DNA of 64,000 nucleotides, from positions 110,112,001 to 110,176,000 of the forward strand of contig OX597820.1 in assembly GCA_951406725.2 (NCBI GenBank), written 5' to 3'. Each line of letters opens with the position of its first letter. Positions within the stretch are counted from its first letter, which is position 1. Positions 12,905 through 26,978 of the stretch are shown in pieces. A model generated the notes under the pieces. That model worked only from the letters and a program-made list of their open reading frames with translations, searched no databases and was not told where the DNA came from. A program made the translations under genes and the position numbers. Source of the DNA: Octopus vulgaris. Its lineage: Eukaryota.

Positions 12905-13010
12905 AATGGCATAGTGGTTAAGAGCGTGGGCTACTAGCTACTAACCCCAAGATTCTGAGTTCAATTTCAGGCAGTGACCTAAATAATAATAATAATATTA
13001 ATAATAATAA
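12905..13010 (+). mobile_element. tRNA-derived SINE head followed by (TAA)n
   Basis: A-box TGGCATAGTGG and B-box-like GAGTTCAATT; no tRNA acceptor stem. Confidence 0.5.
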
Positions 13011-13254
13011 TTAATTCTTTTATTGGCCACAAGAGCTGACAAAAATTAATTATAACATAAAGGGACTAAACAGGACGAAAGGTTACAAAGGCTTTTGTAC
13101 AAAAATACCTTAGGAATGAGAACCCAGAAACGTGCTAACAACAAACAAGATGAGGACAAATATTCGTCAGATGTAAATAATGTACATAATTCCTCATCTC
13201 TTAACAATAAACAAGATGAGGACAAATATCCATCAAATGTAAATAATGTAAATT

Positions 13255-13700
13255 ATGCTGCCATCTACCACTCCTCTTTTACCACCTCCGTCACCTATAC
13301 TCCTACTGACTCCAATTCTTATGTTGACTTTTCCTCTTCCCACCCTACCCACACTAAACTATCCATCCCCTACTCTCAGTTCCTCCATCTCCATCAGGTC
13401 TGTAGTAACAACCATCATTTAGAGTTTGTCTCATGGTCTAAATTCATTTAAACCCATCCTACACACACACTTACACACCACCCACCTCTTTCAATTTCCA
13501 CTGTCTCCTCAACTTCTACCCTGCACACACCTACACTATATTCTTGAACTCATTTGCCTACACCACACACACCATTTACGTAAAAACTGCTTATACATAC
13601 ACCAACATGGAAACACTCCTTCTTCCTGTCTCACACACACTAGCACCCACACTTCTATATCTGTCTTCATACTTTTAGTAGCAAGTATATAATAATACAC
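13255..13700 (+). mobile_element. Degenerate Penelope-like RT fragment
   Basis: TYTPTDSNSYVDFSSSHPTHTKLSIPYSQFLHLHQVCS matches the Penelope thumb motif KPTD.H.YL..SS.HP...SIPYSQ.LRLRRICS. Confidence 0.7.
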
Positions 13701-14029
13701 ACTTCCAAACACCTAACACTTTTGTCACCTCTATCCAGCTTGAGTCATATAACATCCTCACACACACACACACACACACACAAACAAGCAGAAAATAACA
13801 CCCTTACACTTACATGCACAAACACACACAAGCTCTTGCACATACACATACATACATTGATAGCCTTATATACTTTACAAAACCTGAAAACAGATACATA
13901 CACTCACATACACACATGTCTAACAGCTTCATACACATACATAAACAGATACATACATACACACACATGCACAAACACAATATACATGCACACAATAACA
14001 TCATACACATGTACTTGAACACACACCCA

Positions 14030-15079
14030 TACATTGGATAGCCTCGTATTTGGATTATCACCTTCCTGGATTTTGCTGAGCACTGTTGTTGATTTGTATC
14101 ACACCAATCTAACAAGACTTCACAAACTTTACCTTCCTTGTCACATTCCTCTAACATACTTGATATTCCCTCCTCCATCTGCACCACCATTTCAAATATT
14201 ACACACTACATTTCCTACCTTGGAAGTACCAACCGTCTTTCAACCTTTCTTTACACATTTTAAAAGAAGAAACCATTTCTCTTGCTATACTTCTTTCTTC
14301 AGTTGTTGCTATCATCTCAACCACATACCTAAAGGCTTCTGTTTTCACTGCAACTCTACCTCTTACTCTTCCTCCACCAACTTATGTGTTTATCTGCTTT
14401 GATCTCACTAAACTATTCACCCTTGACTGCCTTCTCCCACTTGCCTATTCTTTCTTCTTTTCCTGCTGCTCTCCCTTTGCTGTCCACTCTACCTTCCGTT
14501 TTGTCCTCCACCTCAACTGCCTTTCCCTTGCTGAGCATTCTCTCCTTCAGGGGAGTCTCCATTTTATACCACTTTGTTCAGTAACTAGTTTTGGACCAGG
14601 GACAATGTCCAACACTTTTTGCACCATGTTAGGTTGCATGCCCTCTTTCACAATGCTCCACTTGCATCCACTGAATAAGGCTGCTTCAACAAGACCTGGG
14701 TCACTGACCATCCCACTGGATACCAGCTTCTGGCCAGTTCCATGCAGTCGATTAGTTTGCAAGTGTTTGCCACCATGCCCTGGACCAGTTCAACTTCAGC
14801 AGGTGCTCCAGTCAACTCACAAGCCAAATGCTCAGTCCTCTGTTGCCTCCAAATGCCATGAGGACATATTGTTGAACTGACTGACAAGGATGAAGCTGTG
14901 GTTGTGTGGCTGATGTGCTCCACCAACTTCTAGACATCTCCTCTCATACTCTATCCACCGACCCCATTCCTCACTATGAACAAGTTGTTTCTTTCACAAT
15001 CCATGTACTTATTTCCTCCTCCTTTCTACCCCACACTGCCTCCAGCCTCATTTTCCAGAGCCCAGCTGCCCCATTGTCT
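14030..15079 (+). mobile_element. Degenerate Penelope-like element, N-terminal/RT start, interrupted by hAT
   Basis: HFSCYTSFFSCCYHLNHIPKGF (Penelope N-terminal motif) and a decayed ADKG..VVV motif near 14880-14905. Confidence 0.55.
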
Positions 15080-18000
15080 CATAGCTTCCCAAAGTGGGCA
15101 ATATTGCCCACCAGTGGGCGATTTCAACTTACAGGTGGGTGATAGATGAATTTCTAGAAAAATGGTGGGCAATATGAACATTTTGTGGGTGACAATGAAT
15201 TTTTAGAAATTACATCTGCATTTACTGATATCTAGGCAGGCCTAGAATAAGGATGCACTTTTATCGATTTTACTTGCATAAGACGTCACTTTGTGTTAAA
15301 AAAGTGGACTTGTTTATCGATCGAATATTTTTGTCACAGTCATTGAGATGGTTGTCGCGCGTGCTAAAAATAGCAGCCAATAGGCCTAGGCCTTAAATCA
15401 CACTCCACTACAAATTTTGTTTTTTGCATAATCGTATGAACTCCCGCGTATAGAACTCAAATTCGCAAAAATTTTCTGCAAACTCCAAAAAATAAAAGTT
15501 ATGAGGATTTATATGTCATTGCATAATTCTGTGGTTTCATATCAAAACACAAGTGCTATTTTCAGGTTGTTGACAAAATGTGCAGTCACGCACAAAATGA
15601 CAGCTTTGAAATTATGTTTCTTGACTGGGTGAAAATGATCAAACTTTAAACCTCTATAACTTTTTTAAAATATTTTTCCAGAAAAAGTTGAAGTGGGGTG
15701 GCTGTGTCGTAAGTAGCTTGCGTACCAACCACATAGTTCTGGGTTCATTCTCACTGCTTGGCACCTTGGGCGAGTGTCTTCTACTATAGCCTCGGGCCAA
15801 CCAAAGCCTTGTGAGTGGATTTGGTAAGCAGAAACTGAAAGAAGCCCATCGTATATATGTATATATATATGTATGTGTGTGTATATGTTTGTGTGTTTGT
15901 GTTTGTCCCCGTAACTTAGCAGTTTGGCAAAGAGATCGATAGAAGTACTAGGCTTCCAAAGAATAAGTCCTGAGGTCGATTTGCTCGACTAAAGGCAGTG
16001 CTCCAGCATGGCCGCAGTCAAATGACTGAAACAAGTAAAAGACTAAAAGAGTAACTCCAGCAATTTAGCTTGGAAAGGTACATTAATGTGCCAAATTCTA
16101 AAATTTTCAATAGACTTTCATTTTTGAAATGCTGGCAGCCAAACAACCTAGATCCATATTTGCTCCAGTAAAGACGTGTCATCTGACTCTGCTCTATTGA
16201 CTTTTTCTTCTCTTTGGGAATACCATACTGCCTTAATGATGCCATCTATAGAAATTCATTTTCACTTTACTGATGCCTCCAGTCAAGAAACTTTGTTAGT
16301 GATTATTTATCGTTTGAATTTATTCCCTCTCCTCAGAACTGTCAGTTACCAATGTGCCTTCTTTTCCATTGGGCATTGACCAATGAAGCAATGAAACCTT
16401 CACACTTGAAGTATCACTTTGACGCCAAGCGTTCTGACATGAAGGACAAGCTGTTATCATACTTTTTGCAACTGAGCTCCTCTTTCAAAAAGCAAATACA
16501 AACATTCAACACACTACTCCAGGAAACTAGTAAACAGGAGAATGATGGGTTGATTGCATCATACAACATTGTATCGCTTGTTGCTAAGTCTGAGAAGTCT
16601 CATACAATTAGAGAAACATTACTTCGCCCAATTATAGAAGAGGTTTTGTCAACTGTTATACACGAGAAACCCAATAACATTATGAAGAAGATCCCATTTA
16701 GTAATAACACAATTTCTCGAAGGATCAATGAAATGGCCAATGATGTCTAACATCAGCTCGTTAATATTCTCCAGCATTCTGAATTTTCTATACAAGTGGA
16801 TGAGTCAGCTGTTGTGGACAATCAATGTTTGATGATGGTATATGTTTAGTATTTCAGCGAAGACCTTCAACCTTGTGAGGAAATGCTGTTCACAGAGAAA
16901 TTGCTGCTTGATTCAAGAGGTGCAACTATTTTTCACGCTTGCAAGTCATTCCTTTTTGAATATAATATCTCACTCAGTAATATTCTTGCCTGTGCATCTA
17001 ATGGAGCCCCTTCAATGATAGGAAGATACAGAGGTTTTTCATCTCTCCTAGAGGTGTGAAATTTCCCACCAGCTACTAACTGTTCGTTGCTTGGCACATT
17101 GGCAGCATTTAGTGGCAAAAAATATGTACAGTAGATTGAATGATGTGCTACATTTAGTTACCAAGACTGAACAAATTGAAGTCCAGTCCCTTGTCTGACT
17201 GAATTTTCTGTTGACTCTGTCTGAGAAATGATGAGGACCATACTAAATTCTTATACCATACTGAAGTGCAGTGGCTGTCAAAAGGAAACTGTGTTTTACA
17301 CTTTGTTGAAATGTTTTATATATCCTTTTCTTTGAAAATACTCCACTATCCACTTCATTAATGGCTGCAAGGTGCGATGTCTTTTTTCTTTGTGATATAT
17401 CTACAAAATTAAATAATTTGAATAAGTTATTGCAAGGAAACAGAAAAACTCTTGTTGATTGTAAATCATTTACACCTTCATTTCAAAATTGGTTTTTGTT
17501 TAAGACTAACATTTCAAAACATCTATTCCATCAATTTCCACAACTTGTTTCTTTGAAAGATGAATTGATTGATGAAGATTTAACTACATATCACAGCTAT
17601 TTACAATCATTGCATGATAACATGGTGGAGCAATTTCAAGATGTTATTGCGCTGAATATTCCAAATTGGTATAGCAATCCATTTGAGGTCGGTGCAGTCA
17701 ATTGTGACGATGACGTTCAGTAGGAATTGATAGAATTACAAAATGACAATGCGATACTGTCGGAATAGCAAAGAAGGTTTGTGGTACCATCAGAGTATAT
17801 TGAATTCATACCCCAATCTGTGGCACCATCTGAAATTTATTTTGCTTGCCTTCCCTACCTCATACTTTGTTGAATCTGGTTTTAACAATGTTGGAACTTT
17901 ACTTTCCCATAAAAGAATTGGACTGGGTGTGATACAACGAGGAGACTTGCAGCTAAAGTTGACAAGTTTGAAACCGAATCTATCTGCACTAGCTGCATCG

Positions 18001-18419
18001 CACCAAACTCATGGTTCTCATTAAAAAGTTGTATTCTTTTCCTTTATAATACAATCATTAATTATTTTTGCATCAGTTGTTCTGAAAATGAAAATCAGTG
18101 TAAAAGAAAGCACAAGTTTCTAGAAGTTAATCTGTCTGCATAATTTAGAATTAATGTTAGAATTTTATTTACACTAATGGAAAAACTTAACCCACAATAA
18201 AGGATCTGTAAACAACTGCATATCTAGTCCAAATGGCACTAACAGGGCAACGAGTCTACGATATAGTGTGTGTGTCAAATGATAGGGGTGGGGTCTTAGG
18301 GGATTTTGTGTTGTGGGGTTGTGTCAGGGTTTTTTTTGACATGGGTGGGCAATGGACCTGTTTTTTGGCTGATAGGTGGGCAGTATTGCAATTTGGTGCA
18401 AAAAGTTTGGGAAACACTG
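15080..18419 (+). mobile_element. hAT (Buster/Charlie-type, ZBED5/SCAND3-like) DNA transposon relic
   Basis: Imperfect TIRs CATAGCTTCCCAAAGT / AGTTTGGGAAACACTG; motifs MKPSHLKYHF, SNNTISRRI, IQVDES, HTEVQWLSKG, LLAFPTSYFVESGF, RGDLQLKLT; many stops; no matching 8-bp TSD. Confidence 0.85.
15695..16053 (+). mobile_element. tRNA-derived SINE inserted in the hAT element
   Basis: A/B-box head, GGCACCTTGGGC core, internal (TA)/(TG) tract, 3' GACTGAAACAAGTAAAAGA; same family as 27726-28112. Confidence 0.85.
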
Positions 18420-19640
18420 GGCTATGTGAATCTATTCATTAGCTATGTTGAAGCAAAAATATTATCTCAGTTTACCAGTCCCATTCCTGAGCTGTAAGGT
18501 CAGTATATTGGCAACTATATCAATATGACCTCTTGCAAACAACTCAACTCCTTCCTGTCTTTTGTTCAGTTTGTCCACCTTACTTTTGAATTCTTCTGTT
18601 CTGTTAGTTTTCTCAACATTTCTGTTACCATCTCCATCCACTACATGCCTACAGACTCCCACTCCTACATCGACTTTCCTCCTCCCATCCTACCTACACT
18701 AAACTATTCATCCCCTACTCTCAATTCTTCCATACTCATCAGGTCTGTAATGACAGCCATCACTTCGAGACATAACCCCCAATTCATGTCTTAGCACTTA
18801 CCCAATATAATTACCCCCAATACTTTTATTCATGCAGCCTCGCCTGTGCTCAGTCTGTTTACCATGCATCTGCCTTCTCTCCCTGCCTCTGTTCCACACT
18901 TACTCACCTCCACTTCTCACTATCCTTCACTCTATCCATCCAATCCCCTATTTTATGTGGTTTCTACCAACTCCTCTCTAACCCCCCTATTTCTCACATC
19001 TTCCCCAATCTACACCTTACTTTTATCAAATCTACGTGGAACCTAAGTGACCTACTAGTCAGTTGCTTTTTCCCCACTCGACCTGGTTCCTTCCTCTGCT
19101 ATCGCCTCTCCCTTCCTCTCTAACACCATCATTTTTACTGGCACCCACAATCACTCCTTCCACATAGCCAACTCTTTCACTTGCACACTGATCCTTCTGT
19201 TCTCTTTGCTTCTCACTGTGCATTGGACAAACTAGTCAGTGCCTGTCTGATCATTTTTCCAAATATCTTGGAGACATCAGATGTCATAGTGATATCCCAG
19301 TCTGTAACATTTCCACTAGATTTACTACAATGTGTATGTGTTTAAACTGGCCTTTCACTAAGGCCTCCTGGACTTCTGTCTCTATCTGGAGCAGGTACTG
19401 ATTTCTCTCTCCATACTTCCCTCAGGGTCTAAATTCTCCACCTATTTTCATTTAAATTCCTCGTACACACACCACATGCCCTTTCATTACCACTATTCCC
19501 TCCACTACACCTATTCTACACTGTTTAACTCATTCTCCTACACCACAAAAACCATTTACATTCAAACAACTTATACATACACACGCACACACACACACAC
19601 ACACATTTCTTCCTACTTCACACATACTAGCATCCGCTAA
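18420..19640 (+). mobile_element. Degenerate Penelope-like RT + GIY-YIG, continuing 14030-15079
   Basis: YVNLFISYVE, SVSFLNISV, MPTDSHSYIDF and a decayed CIGQTSQCLSDHF endonuclease. Confidence 0.7.
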
Positions 19641-19659
19641 AAATGATTGGCCTCTTTCT

Positions 19660-20112
19660 GACTTCACACATCAGCATAGTCATGGAAGGAATTGTCCGAA
19701 CAAAACTAATTGCATTCCTTGAAGAGAATGATTTGTTGACTGACACCCAGCACAGTTTTCACTTAGGTAGATGCTGCTTGACACAACTGAAATGTGGATG
19801 TGATATATCTCAACTTTGCAAAAGCCTTAAGTAAAATATGTCACAAGCTGCATGATCTTAGCATTGTTGAAAAACTTGGAAAGTGGCTACATGACTTTTT
19901 GAAAGGTAGAAGTCACTCAGTGGTGGCCAGTGGAGCCACAAATAATGAGTGGTAGTCCACATGGTATTGTCTTAGGGCCACTGCTATTCATAGTGGCCTT
20001 CTCAGCTACTCAGATAGCCACCCTTGCTAGCTATGCAGATGACACAAAAGTCTCTCAGGAGATACAGAACCCTGGATATATTACACACATGCAACAGGAG
20101 TTGGATGCAATA
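19660..20112 (+). mobile_element. CR1/L2-group RT fragment
   Basis: LLTDTQHSF..GRCCLTQL, GIVLGPLLFIV, YADDTK. Confidence 0.8.
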
Positions 20113-20129
20113 GATGGGTGTGCTGTTTG

Positions 20130-21700
20130 TTTTTTGTAATGTTTGAATATCTATTGCTTTGACACATTCTATTCTATTGGCTATTAACATTGATGAATAT
20201 TTTCTTTCAGGTAGTATTTGTTTTCATTCTTGAAATATTTTATTATAAGTTTTGAAATTTGAAATTGTTGTGCAGATTCTTCTTGCTTAATTAAATGGAA
20301 TATTAGTCTTTGTGTGTTTGGGATGGTATTAGGAGAAAAGCTGGTATTATTTGGATTCTGCTTTTGTAATGAATGTATGTTTCAATGTTTGTCTCTGTTT
20401 TAATGATTAGAATGTCCATGAATGGTAGTTGAGTCTTACTGTATTCCATGGTGAAGTTAATACTATTATTTATACTGTTAATTAGGTTTTTGAAATCAAT
20501 AAGCTGGTCAAATATGTGCATCCACAGAATCAGGCAGTCATCAAGTTGTATTTTAATTGTTCATATTTCTGGACCTCCATGTATACCATGACTAATTTGT
20601 CATAAGTCAGAGAAACTTTTGTAACCCTCTTGGTCCCAGACATTTGCATGTAAATATTGCCATTAAAGTAAAAAAATTGTTTTCAATGATGAATTTGAAT
20701 CTATTGGTTTCTATTCTGTCAGGGATTTTTTGTGCCAGAAACCTATTACTTCTAGTCAATATTGGTGCAGGATTGTGGTATAGAGGTTTACTACATAAAA
20801 TTATACAATAATGGTATCTTTATGGATAATTTTCGGTGGGTAGTTTAACAGGTCCAGTTTCAGGAGTGTATCTATAAAATTGCTGAGTCTGTATGTTTCA
20901 TATTTGAACCTGCTACAATTGGTCTAAATTTAAAGTCGGTGGGATGTTGTGTATTTATACAACTTGAACTTGATTTTTTACAGGCATCTTTAATAGTTTG
21001 GTTCTTGTGGATTTTGAGGAGGCCATAGAAGTAGCTAGTTTTGCATTCAAAATTAGTTAGGTAGTCACATCGTTTGTTAAACCCTTTAGGAGTCAGTGAA
21101 TGAGTGTGTTAAGGTTTGTCATCATCTTTGATTTTTGGTAACTGTTTACCTTTTCGTAATTGGTTGTATTTTGTTGTAGAGATAATATAGCACTTTTATA
21201 ATGTTCAGCATTCATAATAATTACAGCACTTCCCTTTTCTGCTTCCTTAATTATTATTTATTTTTTAGTTCATGTATAATTTTTTGTTCCTTTCAAATGG
21301 TGTTGGGTTTGATTTTAGAGTGTGGTAGTTCTTTGTATGGGTAGGTAGATAAAGAAATCACAAAATTTATCTAATGCTTTGTTCTTACTTTTCATAGGCT
21401 TGCAACTGCTTTTGTTTCTTACAATTGATTTGTCCCTGTATTCTTTATCAAATAATTTCTCTGCTAGGTGCAATTTGCTACTGAACTATAAAATATGATT
21501 CTATATTTCTTTAGAGTTAGGGTATTGTGGTGTTGGAGTAAATTTTAGGCCTTTTGAGAACATGGTAATTTCTTGTACTGAAAGAGTTCTTTTGGATAGG
21601 TTAATTATCTTTGGTTTCTCATCTTCAGTTTGTATCATTGGGTGTGAAGAATTCTGTCAGCTGGGTCTAAAGAACAATCTTTTGAATTCATCCTTGTATT
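20130..21700 (-). mobile_element. Decayed Penelope-like RT
   Basis: INNSINFTMEYSKTQLPFMDILI..ETYIHYK; upstream FYGLLKIHK and LGLKFTPTP-like motifs on the minus strand. Confidence 0.75.
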
Positions 21701-21704
21701 ACTA

Positions 21705-22783
21705 TCAGGTCATTAAGAATGACAAGTCCAATTTTCTTATGCACCAAGTTTGGCAGTCATTAACTCTATGTTTTATCCTGACAATCCTTTGTTTTACAAC
21801 ATTGAAGAGTTACATCATCACTTTTTGAAACGCAATTCATGGTGTCTGATTATATTGTGAGTTTTCTCTTGTAAATCAATTTTTGTGAACCCATGGATAG
21901 ATAAAAAATTCATGTTGTTTATGAATATGAGTTCCATCGTGGAACCAATGCATCCGAGACAGCTCAAAATATCAAAATATGCATGAGTTAGCAGCAAGGT
22001 TTGGTGTTTCGATTCCAACTGTATTGGACCGTCTGAATCAAATTGGCAAGGTGAAGAAGCTGGACAAATGGGTACCACATGAACTGAACGAGCATCAAAT
22101 GTTGTCACAGCATAAAACTATTTTTGCATTATTTTTTTATGTGTAATGAAAAATGGATTCTTTTCAACAATATCAAACATTCTGCATGGTTGTTAGATAG
22201 AGAGACGAAGTGCTAAAACACAATCCCAAAAAAAATATTCACCAAAAAAAGCTAATGGTGCCTGTTTGGTGGTCCAGTGCTGGTGTCAAGCTCTACAGCT
22301 TCATGAGACCTGGTAAGTTAATTACAACGGATGTGTACATCAACCAATTGAATGAAATGATGAGTGAACTTGCAATTAAACAACTGAGAAGCAGGCCAAT
22401 TCTCTTGCAAGACATATGCTCGACCACATGTTGCACAAAAAACACTACCTAAGTTACAGGAACTGAACTTGAAAGTACTCTGTCATCTGCTATATTAACC
22501 AGACCTTGCACCAACTGACTATCATTTTTTCAAGGCTTTAGACAATTTTTTGCAAGGATAAAACTTCAAATCTGAAGATACAAAAACAGCTTTTTGTGAT
22601 TTCATCACCTCTTGCTTTCTAGAATTCTTTGCTGCTGGCATAAATAGGCTACTGATAAAATGGCAAAATTGTGTTGATAATTTAGGTGCAATACTTTGAT
22701 TAACTAACTGCATTGCTTTTTGTTTAGATAAAATAAAATAAACTTTCAGTTCAAAATCAGACATTTCATTCTTAATGACTTGA
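21705..22783 (+). mobile_element. Decayed mariner transposon
   Basis: TA-flanked TIRs TCAGGTCATTAAGAATGA / TCATTCTTAATGACTTGA; motifs KLDKWVPHEL and PDLAPTDYHFF. Confidence 0.85.
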
Positions 22784-23004
22784 TATTTATGTATCTATTG
22801 ATATTTTCTCTGTTATTATATACTCTTTTGTATTGAATTTGTATATTTGTAGGTCTGGATTGTGGTTGTTTCTGTCTGTAATTGTTTTTTAAGTTGTTAC
22901 TTTTTTATCCATTGTGTATGTTATAATCTTCGGTTCTGGAAAAAGTTCAGTCTAGCAAGAGGGAGAACTTGGATTTATTTAGTTGTTGGAGTATTCTGGA
23001 ATTG

Positions 23005-23824
23005 TCCGTGCAAACAGCCATGCTACATAACAGTGAAACATGGGCTGTTACTACTGAGGACATGCATAGACTTGAAAGATATGAAGCTAGTATTTTCTGC
23101 TGGAAGTGTAATGTCAGTGTGCATATATGACAGTGTAAGTGCCCTGAGAGAAAAGTTGGACATAAGAAGCATCAGATATGGTATGCAAGAGAGACGACTG
23201 CACTGGTATGGTCATGTGTTGCATATAGATGAGGACAGCTGTGTGAAGAAATGTCACACCTTAACAGTAGAGGGAACCTATGGTAGAGGTAGACACAGGA
23301 AGACATGGTATGAGGTGGTGAAGCACAGCCTTCAAATGTTGGGCCTCACCAAGGCGATGACAAGTGACTGAGACCTTTGGAGATATGCTGTGCTTGAGAG
23401 GACCTGGTAAGCCAAGTGAGATTGTAGCCGTGGCAGATGCTAATGTCACATAACTGGCCCATTTAAAAGCACCCTTCAATCGTCGGGCAATATGCCATGC
23501 TTGTAAAGACCTGTTGAGCCAAGTGAAATTGTAGTTGTGGCCAATGCCAGTGTCCCCTGACTGGTACCTGTGCTGGTGGCATGTACAAAGCACCATTCGA
23601 GCATGACCAATGCCAGTGCCACCTGACTGGCTCCCATGCTGGTGGCATATAAAAAGCACCCACAACACTCTTGTAGTATTTGGCATTAGGAAGGGCATCC
23701 AGCTGTAGAAACCTTGCCAAATCAGATGGAGTCTGGTGCAGACTCCCAGCTTACCAGTCCTCAGTCAAACTGTCCAACCCATGCCAGCCTGTAAAGTGGA
23801 CGTTAAATGACAATGATGATGATG
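23005..23824 (+). mobile_element. 5'-truncated RTE LINE
   Basis: RRLHWYGHVL..GRGRHRKTW, the same 3'UTR as the other RTE copies and a (GAT)n tail. Confidence 0.85.
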
Positions 23825-23953
23825 AATTTGGTGAATATAATTTTCATTTTTAGGTACTTGATTAGTTAGTTGTGAATGAGATTTTTGAATTTTAACTTTC
23901 TTCAAGAATGAGTTACCAGTAGAGTACTCACTTTCTTGAAATTAGATTCATAA

Positions 23954-25635
23954 CACAGGTCTATGATAAAAAAAATTGTTTCACATTTATTGGTTGAAAC
24001 TGACCAATATTTACCTGCAGATTTCAAAAATTACAAAGAAATCATCCTATAATATACTATTTCTTCTCAAAATTGATCAATCCCAAATTTGACCATTGTC
24101 TTGTTATTATTACTATTAATTGTCATATTTAAATAAATTATAACAGTGTAACTAATAGATGTAATTTTGAAAGATAAGCATCTGCCAATACTTAGACCAC
24201 TTCATCTACACAAAGGCAGAAATAGCTATGATGATGAAGACTTTCATAGCAGTGAAGGTGAAGAACCTCAACTATTCAGCCAGTGTAAATTAAATGATTT
24301 AGTCAGGCTTACAAAGGAGTCAGCTGAGCTTTTATGTTCCAGACTTAAATCCAATATTTTAGCTCCTCATGCAATATTCTATTGGTATTGTAACTGTGAA
24401 AAAGAATTTGTTCCTTATGTTAAAAAAAATTTGGTTTATTGTACAAATCCATCAGAACTAATAGGAAAATTTGGCATAAGTTACTGCTCTCAAAAATAAT
24501 GACTATTGTTCTACTGCATAATGGTAATAAGTATGTTTCCATCCCTATTGGACACACAGGGATCATGAAGGAAACATGAAAATTTGATGTTACTTTTACA
24601 CAAGGTCAAATTCAAAAATTGCAACTTGATATGTGACAACTTGAAAATAATTTGCATGTTGCTTGGACAACAGTCAGGCAGTACAGAGTTTCCTTGTTTC
24701 TTGTGTAAAAGGGAAAGTAGAACCAGGAACCTTCATTGGTTTTAAAAAAGAATGACTAAGTAGGGAAAAGCTTATACCAGGAACAAAGAATATCCTTCAA
24801 TGAAGTTTGGTTGATCGGAAAAGGTTTTTTTTTTGCCTCCTCTACATATATGACTTAGCCTCATAGGATGAAGAAAGCTTCAAGTAATTGTGTAGCAAGT
24901 TTCCTGCTATATCAGATGCCATTTGTCAAAGATAAAAATTTTGAAAACTCTCTTTATGATTCTCAAAAAAAGATGCATAGATTAGTTTTAATTATGTAAT
25001 GAAGAACTTTTTTGGTAATCACAAGGATTGAAAACTAAGAAGAAATAGTGGAAAGAATGCTAGAAAAGTTTGAGGCCTTAGTATGTAAAATGAGCATTAA
25101 AGATAATTTTCTATGTGCCCATTTGAATTTCTTTCAAGAAAATCTGAGGGATGTGAGTGAGTGGCAGAGGGAAAATATCATCATCACATAAAGGATATGA
25201 AAGAAGATATCTGGGAAGATGGAATGTCAATATGATAGTCAACTACTGCTGGATGTTGCATCATCCATATCCATCAAGTGCTCACAGGTGAAAGAGTTTC
25301 CAGTGTTGTTTCCAAGAGAAAAAAAATAAATTGTAAGGTGTTGAACCTAAAAAATGAATGGAACCCTTGTAAAAATCTATTTTCTCACTTTGTAATTGCA
25401 TTTGTACCATTTCATTTTGCTAAATAAAGTACGAAATTCATTTATATTCTTTTTCTTTTTTTTTATCATATGTGGATTTAACTGCAAATAATTATGGTAT
25501 ATTTTATCATTAAATTGTTAGACAACCTGAGGTAATGGGAAACAGCTTCTTTGATATTTTGAATTAGTACCACAAAAACATATAAAGTAACATACAGTTA
25601 AAAAAAAAACATTTTTTAAAAAAGTAATTGGCGAA
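23954..25635 (+). mobile_element. Decayed DNA transposon, probably Chapaev3/CMC-like
   Basis: LFSQCKLNDLVRLTKESAELLCSRLK, LLHNGNKY.SIPIGH, MLLGQQSG.TEFPCFLC, ENL.DVSE; starts CACAGG; family assigned from recalled motifs. Confidence 0.55.
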
Positions 25636-25772
25636 CCAAAGAACACTTTTCTTCATTGTTGAGAGATACTAATTCTTCATTTTTACATTTTTCTCTCCAA
25701 AGTTTAATTGTATTTTCTAGGATTAGGCCTTGAGATATGTTCGAAATTTCTTTTTGCATTTGTACATCAGTT

Positions 25773-26116
25773 TTCTTTTATTCTTTTAGTTGTTTCAGTT
25801 ATTTTAACTGTGGTCATGCTGGAGCACTGCCTTTAGTTGAGTAAATTGACTCCAGGACTTATTCTATCGGTCTCTTTTGCTGAACTGCTAAGTTACAGGG
25901 ATATAAACACACCAGCATCAATTGTCAAGCGATGTTAGGGACACATGGACACACACACATATTCTTTCAGTTTCCGTCTGCCAAATCCACTCACAGGGCT
26001 TTGGTCATCCTGAGACTACAGTAGAAGACACTTGCCCAAGGTGCTACACAGTGGGACTGAACCTGGAACCATGTGGTTGGTTAGCAAGCTACTTAACACA
26101 CAGTCACTCCTGTGCC
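25773..26116 (-). mobile_element. tRNA-derived SINE
   Basis: Reverse complement of the 27726-28112 family. Confidence 0.85.
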
Positions 26117-26759
26117 TGTTTTGAATTTTTCTTGGAATTTGTTCTTAATCGTAATAATTGATTTCCGTTCAGAATTTATCTAGAGCCATCTTTTTCTTAA
26201 GTTTTTGTTCTTGTTTGGGCTCATTAGAGATAGGCTTTATTTGTAGTTTTGGGGGAGGATTATTGGTGTCATATTGAGCCAGCCACTTTTCATATATTTC
26301 CATTCTGCTGTTATTTATATATATATCAAACAAACGAAGCCTGTGTGTGTGTGTGTCTGTTGTACGTATGCATTTCTACAGTTTTCAACTGATTTTCATC
26401 AAACTTTACACACACATTACTTATGTGCTAAGGATGGTTATGGACTATAACATTTTGCCCAGAGCTCCTGCATAATGCAAGAAACCAACTGAGTTTTTCA
26501 CTTGGGTTTTTCTGTAAAATCTGCAGTTTTCAGCTGATTCTCCCCCTTTGACTTCTGCAGTTTTCTAGTGATTCTTTACCTTTTCTTTCTCTTTTTATCT
26601 CTTCTGTTTCTCACAACCTCTGCAATACTTGCTCTCTTTAAGTCTATGTTTGTTTCTTTCACTCATTCACTTTCTCTCTGTTTCTCCCTCTCTGTCATGC
26701 ATAAATATCTTTGTCTTCATGCTATTTGTACGTTCTCCCTACAATGTTACTTATTTTAA

Positions 26760-26978
26760 CCCTTTCGTTATTGTGTTTATTTTGAGATGCTCTGTGTTTC
26801 TTTCAATTACTTTAAATATAACAAAGAATTTAGTAAAATAACTTAGTTGTCATTTAGCTAGTGTTAGGAACATAAATAGGACTAAGATTTGGTGGAAGAT
26901 TTTAATTCAAAACTTATGAAAACAAGACATTTGTACTCAGAGCCAGAGCCAGTTTCAGCCGTGTTGGTAACGAATGGG
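26760..26978. mobile_element. piggyBac-type MITE (219 bp)
   Basis: TTAA on both sides; TIRs CCCTTTCGTTA / TAACGAATGGG, the same type as 43404-44474. Confidence 0.8.

Noticed and set aside
16352-18024. Domesticated ZBED/SCAND3-like host gene
   Set aside because: Many stops and frameshifts and retained TIRs indicate a dead transposon
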